NCBI GenBank assembly: GCA_047601445.1
Contig: JASGJH010000001.1
Coordinates: forward strand, 2,912,001 to 2,976,000
Source of the DNA: Myxococcales bacterium
Lineage (GTDB): Bacteria; Myxococcota_A; Polyangia; Polyangiales; DASUME01
Direction: 5' to 3'
DNA: 64,000 nt
Shown here: positions 32,129-41,617 of the stretch, piece by piece
Position numbering within the stretch: the stretch's first letter is position 1
Layout: each line of letters begins with the position of its first letter
Translations under genes and position numbers: made by a program
Notes under the pieces: generated by a model
What the model saw: only the letters and a program-made list of their open reading frames with translations
Databases searched by the model: none
What the model was told of the DNA's origin: nothing

Positions 32129-32720
32129 CGCGGCGCCCGCGAAGGCGCGCAGCAAGACCAAGGCACCGGCCAAGGCCAAAACCAAGGCACCGGCCAAGGC
32201 CAAAACCAAGGCACCGGCCAAGGCCAAGACAACTGCCAAGGCCAAAACACGCGCAGACGTCGGCAGCAAGTCCACGCGGCGTTCCGACGTCGGTCAGCCC
32301 GAGCGGGGTCGCGCGCCTCGCGTGGTGCTGCTCACGGGCGGCAACCCACAAATCGCCAAGGCCGAGGGTGACGCGCCCGTGCAGGCCTACATCGCGGGCA
32401 TGCCCGGTTGGAAGCGCCAGCTCGGCGAACGCCTCGACGCGCTCATCGTGCGCAGCGTGCCTCACGTGAAGAAGGCCGTGAAGTGGAACTCGCCGCTCTA
32501 CGGCATCGAAGGCCAGGGCTGGTTCCTGGGGATCCATTCGTTCACGCGCTACGTCAAGCTGGCCTTCTTCCGTGGAGCTTCGCTGCGCCCGCTGCCGCCC
32601 GAGGCCAGCAAAGATGCCCACACCCGCTACGTGAACATCCACGAACACGACGAGCTCGATGAGGCGCAGCTCGCGCGCTGGGTGAAGCAGGCTGCGGAGT
32701 TGCCTGGTTGGGTGCCCTAG
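32106..32720 (+). CDS. DUF1801 protein with AKTKAPAK repeats
   Basis: GGNPQIAK..GDAPVQAYI..MPGWK, KAVKWNSP, LPGW. Confidence 0.85.
   Translation: MPRPRSASAAPAKARSKTKAPAKAKTKAPAKAKTKAPAKAKTTAKAKTRADVGSKSTRRSDVGQPERGRAPRVVLLTGGNPQIAKAEGDAPVQAYIAGMPGWKRQLGERLDALIVRSVPHVKKAVKWNSPLYGIEGQGWFLGIHSFTRYVKLAFFRGASLRPLPPEASKDAHTRYVNIHEHDELDEAQLARWVKQAAELPGWVP
32157..32228 (+). repeat. 3 x 24-bp coding tandem repeat (accaaggcaccggccaaggccaaa)
   Basis: Directly visible; encodes TKAPAKAK. Confidence 0.95.
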
Positions 32721-32800
32721 CAGAGCGCTGACGAAGTCCGCCCTCTGCTCCCGTGCAGCCGTGCACAGCAAGGCGCGCCCGTGCCCGCACAGCCCCGGCC

Positions 32801-33592
32801 CTAGTCGTCGAGGTTGCCCATCGTCAGGTTCACGGTGGTGCCCGTCATCCCGCTGGCCTTGTCGGAGGCCATGAAGGCGGCCGTATTGGCCAGCTCCTCG
32901 AGCCGCATCACGCGCCGTGGGTGCGTCATGCCGGCGAGGTAGGCCTGGAACTGCTCCCAAGTCATGCCCATGCGCGACGCCTTGAGCTCGAAGATCTCCT
33001 TCATGGTGCTGGTCTCGGGCATGCCGTGTGGTCGCAGCCCCACGACCCGGATGCCGTGCGGTGCGAGTTCGGCCGAGAGATCCCGCGTGAGCGCCTCCTT
33101 GGCCGCGTGGGCTGGACCGTAGCCTCCGTTCAAGCGCGACCCCATGCGCGCAGGGAGTGCGGTGACGCTCATGATCACGCCGGCCTTGCGCGGAAGCATG
33201 TGTCTGGCCGCGAGGCGCGCCGTGAGGAAGTAAGCGCGCGTGTAGCTCGCGATGGGGAGCGAGAACTGGTCGGCGCTGAGCTCGAGGAGCGGCACACCCA
33301 CCACCTTGGCGTCGGGGATACCGATCGCCTCGAAGGCGATATCGATGCGGCCCGACTGAGCGATCACCGACCCGAGGTGGGCGTCCACGGCCTGCTCGTC
33401 GAGCGCGTCCACCTCGAACGCCTGGGCCGAGCCGCCCGCCGACACAATCGACTTGGCCAGCGCAGCCACGGGCCCGAGCTTGCGCCCCGTAAGAAAGAGC
33501 TCGGCTCCCTCGGCCGCGAACGCCCGTGCGACCGCCCCCCCGATGGCGCCCCCTGCTCCGTAAATCACCGCGACTTTGTTCCTCAAAATCAT
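32801..33592 (-). CDS. SDR family oxidoreductase (atypical)
   Basis: YGAGGAIG, DALDE, ELAPHGIRV, FMASD.A..MTG; GGAGG before ATG. Confidence 0.88.
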   Translation of the reverse strand: MILRNKVAVIYGAGGAIGGAVARAFAAEGAELFLTGRKLGPVAALAKSIVSAGGSAQAFEVDALDEQAVDAHLGSVIAQSGRIDIAFEAIGIPDAKVVGVPLLELSADQFSLPIASYTRAYFLTARLAARHMLPRKAGVIMSVTALPARMGSRLNGGYGPAHAAKEALTRDLSAELAPHGIRVVGLRPHGMPETSTMKEIFELKASRMGMTWEQFQAYLAGMTHPRRVMRLEELANTAAFMASDKASGMTGTTVNLTMGNLDD

Positions 33593-33733
33593 ACGAACCT
33601 CCCGGCGTTCCAGCGCCTCGGAGGTGCAGACACCGTGGGCTCCGAAAATTGGGCGCAGGGGGAGCGCCCATTTCGGACCTCGCTCGGTGTCCAAGCTGGA
33701 ATGGACATGCGACAAACACTGGGAGGAGCGAGC

Positions 33734-34753
33734 GTGGAGCCCCTGGAACCCAACCTCATCGCGAGAGCCCGAGCCGGAGACGGGGAGGCATTTCGGACCC
33801 TGACCGAGCCCCACCGCCGCGAGCTGCAGGTGCACTGCTATCGAATGCTGGGGTCGTTTCAGGACGCGGAAGAAGCGCTTCAGGAGACCCTGTTGGCTGC
33901 CTGGCAAGGGCTGGCGGGCTTCGAGGGACGCGCCTCGATCCGCAGCTGGCTGTACCGAATTGCCACCCATCGCTGCCTCAACGCACGGCGCGCAGCCAGC
34001 CGCAGGCCGGCCAAGGCCTGGAACATTCCCGGGGTGGAGCCACCCGAGCCCACCCGGCTCGGCGAGGTCGTCTGGCTCGAGCCCTACCCCGACAGCCTCC
34101 TGCCCGGTGTAGTCGGACTGCCGCTCGGTCCCGAGGCTCGCTACGAGCAACGAGAGGCCATTTCGCTGGCCTTCGTGACCGCACTGCAGCTACTGCCGCC
34201 GCGCCAAGCCGCCGTGTTGATTCTGCGCGAAGTGGTCGGCTTTCAGGCCGAGGAGGTGGCCGAGATGCTCGAGACCAGCCTGGATTCGGTGAATAGCGCC
34301 CTCAAACGGGCGCGCGCCGGCCTGGGGCCGGACGCCCCGCGCAAGGGAGCTCGTGCCACCACTCCGGCCTCCGAGGCGGCCTTGGTGGCCCAATTCGTGA
34401 GCGCCTACGAGGCGGCGGATCTCGACGGATTGGTGGCCCTGCTGACCGATGACGTTTTCATGTCGATGCCTCCGATGCCGCTCGAGTATCAAGGTCGCGA
34501 GCTGGTGGCTCGCTTCCTGGCCGGCCTCTTCGGGGCAGGCCGCAGGTTCGACCTGGTGCCCACCCACGCCAACGGCCAGCCGGCCTTTGGGGCCTACCTA
34601 CGCACCCCCCACGGTATTCGCCACGGCACGGGCCTGATCACCATCAGCCTCACCGACGACCGGATCTGCGCCATGACCCGCTTCGAGAACAGCGCACTTC
34701 CGTGGTTCGGGCTCCCGCGCGCGCTTCCGGGCCCGCCTTCGCATGAGCACTAG
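33734..34753 (+). CDS. ECF sigma factor with C-terminal SnoaL-like extension (SigG-like)
   Basis: HCYRMLGS..DAEE, WLYRIAT, WLEPYPD, LQLLPPRQ, SALKRAR, MPP, ANGQPAF. Confidence 0.92.
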   Translation: MEPLEPNLIARARAGDGEAFRTLTEPHRRELQVHCYRMLGSFQDAEEALQETLLAAWQGLAGFEGRASIRSWLYRIATHRCLNARRAASRRPAKAWNIPGVEPPEPTRLGEVVWLEPYPDSLLPGVVGLPLGPEARYEQREAISLAFVTALQLLPPRQAAVLILREVVGFQAEEVAEMLETSLDSVNSALKRARAGLGPDAPRKGARATTPASEAALVAQFVSAYEAADLDGLVALLTDDVFMSMPPMPLEYQGRELVARFLAGLFGAGRRFDLVPTHANGQPAFGAYLRTPHGIRHGTGLITISLTDDRICAMTRFENSALPWFGLPRALPGPPSHEH

Positions 34754-34851
34754 CGTGCCCCGACCCGTGGTGTCACATGGGAGAGCAGCGCCCGCGGACT
34801 CACTCGTTGGGTCGAGGTGGCGCCGGACATCATGCATCGCGGAGGCGGGTC

Positions 34852-35508
34852 GTGGATTTGAGGAAGGGCTTTTACGCTCAAGTGTTCGAGAACAACCGCC
34901 AGTGGATCACGAAGAAGCTGGCGATCGATCCGGCTTACTTCGAGCACCTCGCCCAGGGGCAGAGCCCGGCCATTCTGTACATCGGCTGCTCCGATAGCCG
35001 AATTACGGCCGAGGACATGATGGGCGCGGATCCCGGCGACGTGTTCGTCCACCGCAACATCGCCAACATCGTGGGCGTTAGCGACCTGAGCGCCCTGTCC
35101 GTGATCGAATATGCGATCACGCACCTGAAGGTGCAGCACGTGGTGGTATGCGGACACTACGAGTGCGGCGGCGTGAGGGCCGCCATGCAACCGCAGGACC
35201 TCGGCATCCTGAACCCCTGGTTGCGCAACATCCGCGACGTCTTTCGCCTGCATATGGAGGAGCTCCAGGCCATCCCGGACGAGGCCGCGCGATACCGCAG
35301 GTTGGTCGAGCTGAACGTCGAGGAGCAGTGCGTGAACGTGATCAAGACCGCTGCGTTCCAGCGCTCCTACCTGGCCAACAACCTCCCCACCGTGCATGGC
35401 TGGGTCTTCGACGTCCACTCGGGTCGCTTGATCGATCAGCGCATCGACTTCGCTCGCAAGCTGTCGGGCATTCGCGCGGTGTACGACCTGGGACACTCCA
35501 CACCCTGA
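34852..35508 (+). CDS. can: Beta-class carbonic anhydrase
   Basis: IGCSDSR, FVHRNIAN, CGHYECGG. Confidence 0.93.
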   Translation: MDLRKGFYAQVFENNRQWITKKLAIDPAYFEHLAQGQSPAILYIGCSDSRITAEDMMGADPGDVFVHRNIANIVGVSDLSALSVIEYAITHLKVQHVVVCGHYECGGVRAAMQPQDLGILNPWLRNIRDVFRLHMEELQAIPDEAARYRRLVELNVEEQCVNVIKTAAFQRSYLANNLPTVHGWVFDVHSGRLIDQRIDFARKLSGIRAVYDLGHSTP

Positions 35509-35556
35509 GCCCGCACGGCATGGCTCACCCTTGACCGGCCTGGCCGTCAACGGCAG

Positions 35557-37323
35557 ATGGCAGCCATGCATCCGTCACGCAACAGAATGCCCGAGGCACT
35601 CTGCCTGCTCGCCGTCCTGGCGGGCTGCGCCCTGGAGTGGGGGGATCGGGACAAGCAACGTGGCGACCTGGACGCCGGGCACGACGCCGCCGTCGAACCC
35701 AGCCCCAGCAGCGACGCCGCAGCGCCGGATGCCCAGGTCAGTCGCGACGCTGCCCCCGACACGGGGCCGAACGATGGACCCGAAGCGGGCCCCCCTTCGC
35801 CGTCCGACCTTTGTTTCAGCGATCCGGCCTGCGGCAGCATGCTCTGGCGGGCCGACTTCGAGGGAAAGCCCGAGAACACGGTGCTCAACACGAGCACCGA
35901 CACCAGCTCGGCCAGCGCGGACGCTTTCCTTGGGTGGCGCGATGACTCGCTGCGACTCACGGTGACCAAGCGCCAGCCCTCCGTGCTCCTCTCGTCCGGG
36001 CAAGCATTGCTTGCGAAAGGAATACCGGGGGCCCCCAAAGCCGCTCCCGATCTCGAGATCGGCCGCTTCGATAGCCCCATGATCGGCGAGGGGAACGGGG
36101 CAGATGTGCTGCTCGTCGGATTCGACGCCCAGTTCGACGCGAAGCTCGGTGCGGTTCCCAAGGCGAGCGTGGTGTTTCGCACGAACAACGGGAGCAGCGA
36201 GGTCAAGCTCGCGGATCTGGTGTTGCCGCAACGCGAGCCGGTGCGGATCACCATCGTGCTGAATCGTTCGCACCACGACGTCGTACTGCCCGACTTCGAC
36301 GCCGACGGCCAGCTCGACGCGGACCGCGAGGTCCTGGCACCGGATCATGCGCTGGCGTTCTTCCGTGATCTCACCGGTGCCTACGCCATCTTGAAGGCGG
36401 GCGCCGACGCAGCCGATGCCATCGCCGTACCTGCCGCGGCCTACTCGGGACTGAGCTGGCAGTTCGAGCACGACGGCGAGTCGAACTGGGCCATCTACGA
36501 TCGCTTCGTGGCGGTGAACCACCCTGCCTTTGCGCTGGATGGAGAGAAGGTCATGGAGCTCGGGCCGCGGCTCGCGCCACTGTGGCAGGCCAACTGGGAC
36601 ACCTACGCCCTCGGCACCGAGCTCACCGTGGCCAATCACGCGAAGTCCGCGGTCGACGAGTGCTTCGAGGGCTGGCGCAGCGATTCCATGCGCTTCACCG
36701 TGGTGGCGCCGCCCCAGGGAAGCGGCTTCGTGTCGGCGCAGGTACTCAAGGCCGAGGGGCTCGCAGGCTCGCCCAAGGGGAACAACCCCGAGTTCGTGGT
36801 GGGTCGTTTCTTACCGCCCGCGTGTGGTCAGGGCTCGGGACGAGACGTGTTGATCCTCGGCTTCGACGGGCGCTTTACGTCCGCCACGGCCCAGGTCGTG
36901 CGCACGAGCGTCGTGGCGCGCTCCGACCAGGCGGTCGTGAGCAACACCACGCTGCCGACCTTGACCCTCCCGGCCGACGAGCTCCTGCACGTGACGCTGG
37001 CCCTGAACTGCTCGGACTCACCGCTCGCCCTGCCCGACTTCAACGCCAACCAGCTGAACGACCAAGACACGGAGGTCCTGCCGCCCAATCACCTGACCGC
37101 CTTCGTGCGCAAGGTCGCAGGCGAGTACCAGGTGCTCAAGAAGTTCGGCAACGATCCCACCTCCGTCGCGGTCGACGACTTGCCGTACCACGGCTTCTGG
37201 TGGCAGTTCACACACAACAGCGGCGACAGCACGGCGTACTACGACCGCTTCTTCACGGTGAACGATCCTCGCTTCCGCGTCGCAGGTGTGCCGGTGATGG
37301 AGCTCAAACCCGACGCACGCTGA
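35557..37323 (+). CDS. Lipoprotein with two tandem copies of an unrecognised ~246-aa domain
   Basis: LAGC lipobox; the halves share LW, GWR.DS.R.TV, GRF..P..G.G.G.DVL..GFD..F, LPDF, WQF.H, YDRF..VN.P.F, VMEL. Confidence 0.85.
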   Translation: MAAMHPSRNRMPEALCLLAVLAGCALEWGDRDKQRGDLDAGHDAAVEPSPSSDAAAPDAQVSRDAAPDTGPNDGPEAGPPSPSDLCFSDPACGSMLWRADFEGKPENTVLNTSTDTSSASADAFLGWRDDSLRLTVTKRQPSVLLSSGQALLAKGIPGAPKAAPDLEIGRFDSPMIGEGNGADVLLVGFDAQFDAKLGAVPKASVVFRTNNGSSEVKLADLVLPQREPVRITIVLNRSHHDVVLPDFDADGQLDADREVLAPDHALAFFRDLTGAYAILKAGADAADAIAVPAAAYSGLSWQFEHDGESNWAIYDRFVAVNHPAFALDGEKVMELGPRLAPLWQANWDTYALGTELTVANHAKSAVDECFEGWRSDSMRFTVVAPPQGSGFVSAQVLKAEGLAGSPKGNNPEFVVGRFLPPACGQGSGRDVLILGFDGRFTSATAQVVRTSVVARSDQAVVSNTTLPTLTLPADELLHVTLALNCSDSPLALPDFNANQLNDQDTEVLPPNHLTAFVRKVAGEYQVLKKFGNDPTSVAVDDLPYHGFWWQFTHNSGDSTAYYDRFFTVNDPRFRVAGVPVMELKPDAR

Positions 37324-37335
37324 GCGCCGGGCATC

Positions 37336-38466
37336 CTACGCGCGCGAACGCGCCCTACGATGTCGGATTAAGCCCAGGGCGAACACCAGTCCGGCCCACG
37401 CGGATGCACGCCAACCCGCCGCGACTGGAGCTGACACGGAGCACCCCGCGGAGGTCTTGGAAGGGCTCCGAACGGTCCCGGCGTCCGCGTCCCCGCGTGC
37501 CGAGAGTGGCGTGTCCGATGCTGGTTCAATGGGCGCATCATCCTCGGCATTGGGCACAGCCGCGTCGCAGCTCAAATTGACGACGACCTCGTCGCTGACC
37601 AGCTGGACGGCTGTGCCGGGAATCGAGGCCACGAGCTGAACGCGGTGATTGCCCGCTGTGAGTGCGGACGGTTCCTCCCTGTCGAGAGCGCACGAAACGA
37701 AGAGGCGGTCGACGCCACGCCCAATCCATGAACCACCAGGCCTGAAGCCCCCCACCTTGGAGACCCGCGGCCGATAGGGTTTGCCGTCGACGACGGTGCC
37801 GAACTCGAGCGCGCCATACCAGGCCGACCGTTCCGCCAAGTGAATGTCCACGGTGACCGCCTCGATGCGGTTCGAGCATTCTCCCACGTTCTCTTGATCG
37901 GGGACCTCGATCTCGCGCCGCACCGCGGAGGTGGCCTGCAACTGCCCCAAGCTGTCGGGCATCGGGGCTGCATCAGTCACTTCGAAGTAGCCGAGCGCCG
38001 CGGGCAAATAGCCTGAGCCCCCAACTTGCTCGGCAGCGATCTGCTGCTGCTGCCGGTCGAGTGGGGGTTGCTCCGGAAAGGACTCGCTCCACACGCCTGC
38101 ATCCGACTCGTCCTTGCACTGGAGGGACCAAACCGCGTAGCGCGCGCCCACCTCGAGCGGGGCACTGGGGAGGATCTCGTAGTGGTCGTCGCGCGCCACC
38201 AGCTCGAACTCCACGTCGGTGTTCACACCATCGACGATGCGCACGAAGCGCACGTCATCGTGGGTCACGGTGGCCGGTGCGCCCAGGAGGGAACCAGGCC
38301 ACCACAGGACGGCGGGCAGGTTGGCAGGCACGCTGCCGATGTTCGGAAAGAAGTCAGCCGGAGCACAGGGAGAGCCGCCGCAGGCATGAGCCTTCGCGGG
38401 CAGAGCGCCCAATACCACGCTGAAGGCGCTCAGGCTGAACAGGATTGCGTGGTTACGTTGTGCCAA
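37336..38466 (-). CDS. Secreted protein with Ig-like domain and MYXO-CTERM-like tail
   Basis: Signal ending AHA-C, VPAN, P..PL..G.RY; ends GCSV..WAGLVFALGLIRHRR; GAGAGG before TTG. Confidence 0.75.
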   Translation of the reverse strand: MAQRNHAILFSLSAFSVVLGALPAKAHACGGSPCAPADFFPNIGSVPANLPAVLWWPGSLLGAPATVTHDDVRFVRIVDGVNTDVEFELVARDDHYEILPSAPLEVGARYAVWSLQCKDESDAGVWSESFPEQPPLDRQQQQIAAEQVGGSGYLPAALGYFEVTDAAPMPDSLGQLQATSAVRREIEVPDQENVGECSNRIEAVTVDIHLAERSAWYGALEFGTVVDGKPYRPRVSKVGGFRPGGSWIGRGVDRLFVSCALDREEPSALTAGNHRVQLVASIPGTAVQLVSDEVVVNLSCDAAVPNAEDDAPIEPASDTPLSARGDADAGTVRSPSKTSAGCSVSAPVAAGWRASAWAGLVFALGLIRHRRARSRA

Positions 38467-38512
38467 GGTGTGCCTCTCGTTGGGTCTTTCGCGGCCCAGC
38501 CACCGCGTCGAG

Positions 38513-38528
38513 TGCAGTGCTTGTGCCA
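38513..38528 (-). promoter_or_regulatory. Sigma54 promoter TGGCAC-AAGCA-CTGCA
   Basis: GG-N10-GC on the minus strand, about 47 bp upstream of the start at 38466. Confidence 0.6.
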
Positions 38529-38614
38529 ACCCACCTTGCGATGAGGATCGATCACCCAACAGCGCGCGCGCGCAAGAGCTGCTGCGGTCCGGGTCAAGCT
38601 TGGCGCCGACTCGA

Positions 38615-39925
38615 CTAGGGCTCGCGAGCCACACGCGCGCGCCGACTGCTGCGCGCGCAGAGCGCCAACGCGATGAGCAGCCCATGCATGGCGGCGCTGC
38701 AACCTGAGCTGTGAGGTCCGACGGCACAGCCACCGGAAGAACCTCGAGGATGGAGCTCGGAGCTCTCCCCTGCATCGCTAGCGGAAACCATGGTGGGGCT
38801 CTCGACGGGTCGCATGAGCACGTCGCGCTGCCACTCCGCCCACGCGCCCGCGCAAGTGCGCGCTACGTCGAGCCCCGGGCATGAAACGAGCTGATCGACC
38901 TCGGCCAGCGTCACCACGCCGTGCAAGTCCGACGCACCGTCTTCCAACAGCTGCAGCACCGGTTCTTGCGGCGTGCCCGGGTTGCACGTCCACAGCGCCG
39001 AGCCGCCGGGAGCGAGACACGCTACATCCGCCTCCGATGCGAGATTGGAAAAGGTCTCGCCGCCGTCCAGCGAGCGATACACGCCGCCAATTTCGTCGCC
39101 AACCCAGATGGTCCGCTGCGGATCGACGGCAAAGCCCCCGAAGTAGTTCACGCGCAACATCGTGAGCCACGGCCCGGTGGCGGCCTCGGCGCGCAGGATG
39201 GCGAAGCCGCGATTGCCCAGGCTCTGCGCGTCGCGCGCGATGGCCCAGAGCCTGCTCGAGCCCCCGTCTTCGGCGTGGAGCAACGTCAGCGCGCCCTCCT
39301 GCGAGAAGGTCTGCAGCGAGGCGCCGCCGTCCTCCGATGCGTAGACCACGTCTGCGCTGCTCAGGTAGAGCTGATCAGGGCGATCCGAGCGCATCACCAG
39401 CGCCGTGAAGGCACTGCTGCCCACGAGCTCAGAACGCCACGTCCAGTGTCGGCCGCCATCGTCGCTACGCCACAACGCAGGTGCCTCCCCGCCAGTGAGC
39501 GCGTAACCGACCTGCATGCCCGCGCCTTCTGCGACCGACTGCAGCGCGAGCAGACGCACTGGGACATGGCGGAGCTCGTTGTCGTCACTCTCGAGCGGGC
39601 AGCCCTGGGGACTGACCGTAAGCAGACCGTCCTGTGTGCCGACCAACAGGGAACCATCCGCGGCGAAAGCGAGCGACGGCGGATCGCCGTTCGGCACGAG
39701 CTCCAATAGGGCGCTGCACGCGTAGACGAAAGGTTGATTGGCGCGCGCTCGCAGCAACAGTCCGAAGCCCGGCAGATCCAGCGCGATGGCCGCGGCATCG
39801 GGCGTGACCAGAACCTGACGCGGCAGCGGTGCATGGGCGCGCGCCGGTGAAGCCGTCGTCGACCAAGCCATGGCAAGGACGGCCCAGACGACGCGCCGAC
39901 CCGCGGTTCCGACGGCTCGAGACAT
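38615..39925 (-). CDS. BNR/Asp-box beta-propeller protein with MYXO-CTERM-like tail
   Basis: RSDDGGRHW, SEDGG, RSLDGGETF; ends GGCAV...LLIALAL..RR. Confidence 0.8.
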   Translation of the reverse strand: MSRAVGTAGRRVVWAVLAMAWSTTASPARAHAPLPRQVLVTPDAAAIALDLPGFGLLLRARANQPFVYACSALLELVPNGDPPSLAFAADGSLLVGTQDGLLTVSPQGCPLESDDNELRHVPVRLLALQSVAEGAGMQVGYALTGGEAPALWRSDDGGRHWTWRSELVGSSAFTALVMRSDRPDQLYLSSADVVYASEDGGASLQTFSQEGALTLLHAEDGGSSRLWAIARDAQSLGNRGFAILRAEAATGPWLTMLRVNYFGGFAVDPQRTIWVGDEIGGVYRSLDGGETFSNLASEADVACLAPGGSALWTCNPGTPQEPVLQLLEDGASDLHGVVTLAEVDQLVSCPGLDVARTCAGAWAEWQRDVLMRPVESPTMVSASDAGESSELHPRGSSGGCAVGPHSSGCSAAMHGLLIALALCARSSRRARVAREP

Positions 39926-39931
39926 CCTGGC

Positions 39932-40909
39932 CTACAGGCCGCTCGGCCCCGCGCTGGCGTTGGCCGCGGAGGCAGGGCTCGCGTCCTTGGTGCCGATCCG
40001 ATTGCAGCTGGCATCGAGGAGCAGCGTGCCCCCCTCGAAGAAGTTGTTCTGCAGCATGGGGACGTTGGCCGCCGTGGCGCCGCTGCACAGCCCGATATCG
40101 GTGGAGTTCCGGATGAACACGCTGCCTTCCACGATGGGTTTCATGGTGAAGGCCATGATGCCGTAGGCGAGATCGGTGAAGACCGTGTTCGAGATGCGCG
40201 GCGAGGTGTTGATGCCCCCGCTCATGTGGAAGCCACAGTGCGACTTCTCGATGTACAGATGATCGAAGGTGGGTGAGGACTGCCCGCCGACGCGGATCAT
40301 GTCGTTCAGTCCGCCGCTCCCCTCGAAGCGACAATCGGTGACCGTGGGCGACGCATTGATGATGGTCATGCAGCCGTTGGGGTCATCCACGGAGACCTCC
40401 TCGGTGACGGCCGGAAACAAGGGGACCGCACGGAACGTGCTGTGCGACACGCTGCCGTCGGACTCGAGCACCGCGGCCTTGAAGCTGGTGTCGAACACCA
40501 CGTGATCCACATTGAACGCCGAGCCGGGCATGGCGAACATGCCGTATTTGGCCCCACTCACCTGGGCGTGCTGCAGCGTGAGGTTGCCGCCACCCTCGAC
40601 CACGATGCCGTGCCATGACTCCGATTCGCCCGTGCCCTCGAAGATCGACGGAGCGGCTTCGGAGCCCTCCACAATCAGCGTCCCCAGCACGTCCACCTTC
40701 ACCTCGGCAGACTTGGCGGTGAACGTGACGCCGGGCCCAACATGGACCGTCTGGCCCGCCGGGATCACCAGGTCCTCGCTCAGCTCCACGGTCTCCATCG
40801 CGTATTCGGAGCGCGCCACCGCGCCCTGCTCCGGCGCAGCCGGGTCGTCCCCACCGTCGCCGCAGGCTGCGAGCAGCCCGAGCACCACCGACATTCTCTT
40901 CATGGACAT
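39932..40909 (-). CDS. Right-handed parallel beta-helix lipoprotein
   Basis: LAAC lipobox; GTLIVEGS...F...WHGI, SP-x-I/V repeats. Confidence 0.8.
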   Translation of the reverse strand: MSMKRMSVVLGLLAACGDGGDDPAAPEQGAVARSEYAMETVELSEDLVIPAGQTVHVGPGVTFTAKSAEVKVDVLGTLIVEGSEAAPSIFEGTGESESWHGIVVEGGGNLTLQHAQVSGAKYGMFAMPGSAFNVDHVVFDTSFKAAVLESDGSVSHSTFRAVPLFPAVTEEVSVDDPNGCMTIINASPTVTDCRFEGSGGLNDMIRVGGQSSPTFDHLYIEKSHCGFHMSGGINTSPRISNTVFTDLAYGIMAFTMKPIVEGSVFIRNSTDIGLCSGATAANVPMLQNNFFEGGTLLLDASCNRIGTKDASPASAANASAGPSGL

Positions 40910-40927
40910 GTGCTCACTCCAGTTCGC

Positions 40928-40953
40928 TACGAGGCAACCCGAGCCCGGGTCCA
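40928..40953 (-). promoter_or_regulatory. Candidate ECF promoter TGGACC-N16-CGTA
   Basis: Immediately upstream of the GGAG RBS of the beta-helix gene and next to an ECF/anti-sigma pair. Confidence 0.35.
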
Positions 40954-41080
40954 CGCCCCCAACCCGCCAGGCAGGCGCGAAGGAGCCGCCCTACATACGC
41001 CGCTCGCGCGCCAATCGATCACGGCTAGTGCGAGGCTGCAGGTGATTTTTGGTGCCCTCGCCTGCCCTCCGCGCTGGGCT

Positions 41081-41617
41081 CTAGCCTCCAAAACGCAGCC
41101 CGAACACGACCAGGCACGGATGCGCCGCGCCGGCGCTCACCTCGTGTTCAGTTCCGCGAGAAAGTTCCAACAAGGTCCCGCTGCCGTAAGGGCCCTTGCC
41201 GTTCTCGAGCAACTCCCCGTCGAGCACGTACGTGAGCTCGCGAGCGTGATGGCGATGGTGTGGGATGTGAAAGCCCGCCGGCAACTCGGCGATCATGGTG
41301 TGGGCGGCCGCCAACTCGTCGGTCACCAGCTGGCGCGATCCGGGCCAGAATCCCGGTCGCCAGGCGTCTGCTCGGCAGATCCTGCGCAGGGCCTCCGTGA
41401 CGTCGGGCAGTGCGAGCTCGAAGCGCTCCGCCACCCGGCGCGCATGCGGTGTGAAGCGCTCGGCGCCGTGGAGTTTGTCGAGCAGCGCACTGCGCACGGC
41501 GAGCGAAGGCGCGACGGGATCGAGGGCTTCGGCCAGCAGAGACAGACGCCCAAGCGTCTCATCTGCAGAGAGCTCGTGACCTTCGGTCTCGGGGCTGTCT
41601 GCGTCGTCACGACTCAT
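41081..41617 (-). CDS. ChrR-like cupin anti-sigma factor
   Basis: P..PS..VRS.LL anti-sigma segment; G..IPHHRH..ELTYVLDG...H cupin; overlaps the sigma factor stop. Confidence 0.8.
   Translation of the reverse strand: MSRDDADSPETEGHELSADETLGRLSLLAEALDPVAPSLAVRSALLDKLHGAERFTPHARRVAERFELALPDVTEALRRICRADAWRPGFWPGSRQLVTDELAAAHTMIAELPAGFHIPHHRHHARELTYVLDGELLENGKGPYGSGTLLELSRGTEHEVSAGAAHPCLVVFGLRFGG

Noticed and set aside
32753..33733. N-terminal extension making a 666-aa sigma factor
   Set aside because: Overlaps the SDR gene in antisense; the real start is near 33734 with a GGAGG RBS.
34771..34800. ECF41-like TGTCACA upstream of the carbonic anhydrase
   Set aside because: No CGTC -10 element at the expected spacing.
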